From Octopus sinensis (lineage: Eukaryota): 64,000 bases of DNA. Made by a program: the position numbers and the translations under genes. Each line of letters starts with the position of its first letter. Position 1 is the stretch's first letter. The DNA is taken from the NCBI RefSeq assembly GCF_006345805.1, contig NC_043026.1:3596001-3660000 (forward strand). The letters are read 5' to 3'. The notes under the pieces are model-generated. The model made no database searches and was not told the DNA's origin. It saw only the letters and a program-made list of their open reading frames with translations. Of the stretch, positions 63,606-64,000 are shown one piece after another.

Positions 63606-64000
63606 AAGGATCACAATAATTATTTAATTATTTCTAACATAGGCACAAGGCCTGAAATGATTTGTGGTTGGAGGGAACTGTTGATTATTGATTGAAACGA
63701 GAAGCTTGATTGCTGTTTTATCCTATTGACCCCAGAATGAAAGGCAAAGTTGACCTCAATGGAATTTGAACTCAGAACGTAAAGAACCGGAAGAAATATC
63801 ACAAAGCATTTTTATCAACACTCGAATGATTCTGGCAATATGTCGTGCTTGAGAAGACCTGTCAAGCCAAGTGAAATTGTAGTCATGGTTGATGATGGTG
63901 TCACGTAAATGGCACGCATGCCAGTGTCACATAAAGAGCACCATTTGAGCATTGGACCTCACTGAGTTCCTTTTGAGTGTGGGGCCTCCTGGAAGCAAAG

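Noticed and set aside
60470-63627. Series of ~100-180 aa ORFs in the GC-rich array
   Set aside because: Products of the 130-bp minisatellite; the unit length is not a multiple of 3 and frames break every few units

Overview
AT-rich, repeat-saturated eukaryotic DNA. The SINE, microsatellite and LINE landscape is typical of an octopus/coleoid cephalopod genome (inference). I reconstructed two tandem, minus-strand, intron-rich M14A zinc carboxypeptidase A/B-like genes by hand; all introns are GT-AG with consistent phases. Paralog 1 (10 exons, 60368->38325, first exon outside the window) has a complete catalytic set and an unusual Tyr at the S1' specificity position 255. Paralog 2 (10 exons, ATG 31184->4699, terminal exon not found) carries E72D and R127K substitutions and a 2-nt deletion in the zinc-ligand exon. 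Introns and intergenic DNA hold tRNA-derived SINEs, Penelope-like, RTE, CR1/L2-like, I-like and Dong/R4-like LINE relics, mariner/Tc1 relics, a Helitron-type tandem array, minisatellites and many palindromic elements. The main unannotated signal is a set of type-I hammerhead ribozyme folds. One sits in each ~490-bp unit of an inverted tandem array (52150-54845), which is retrozyme-like architecture. Several minimal hammerheads, some with the compensatory U3-A8 core, lie in palindromic elements inserted in (TA)n tracts. Several of these are in sense orientation within the carboxypeptidase pre-mRNA. No ribozyme activity has been tested; folds were read by eye.
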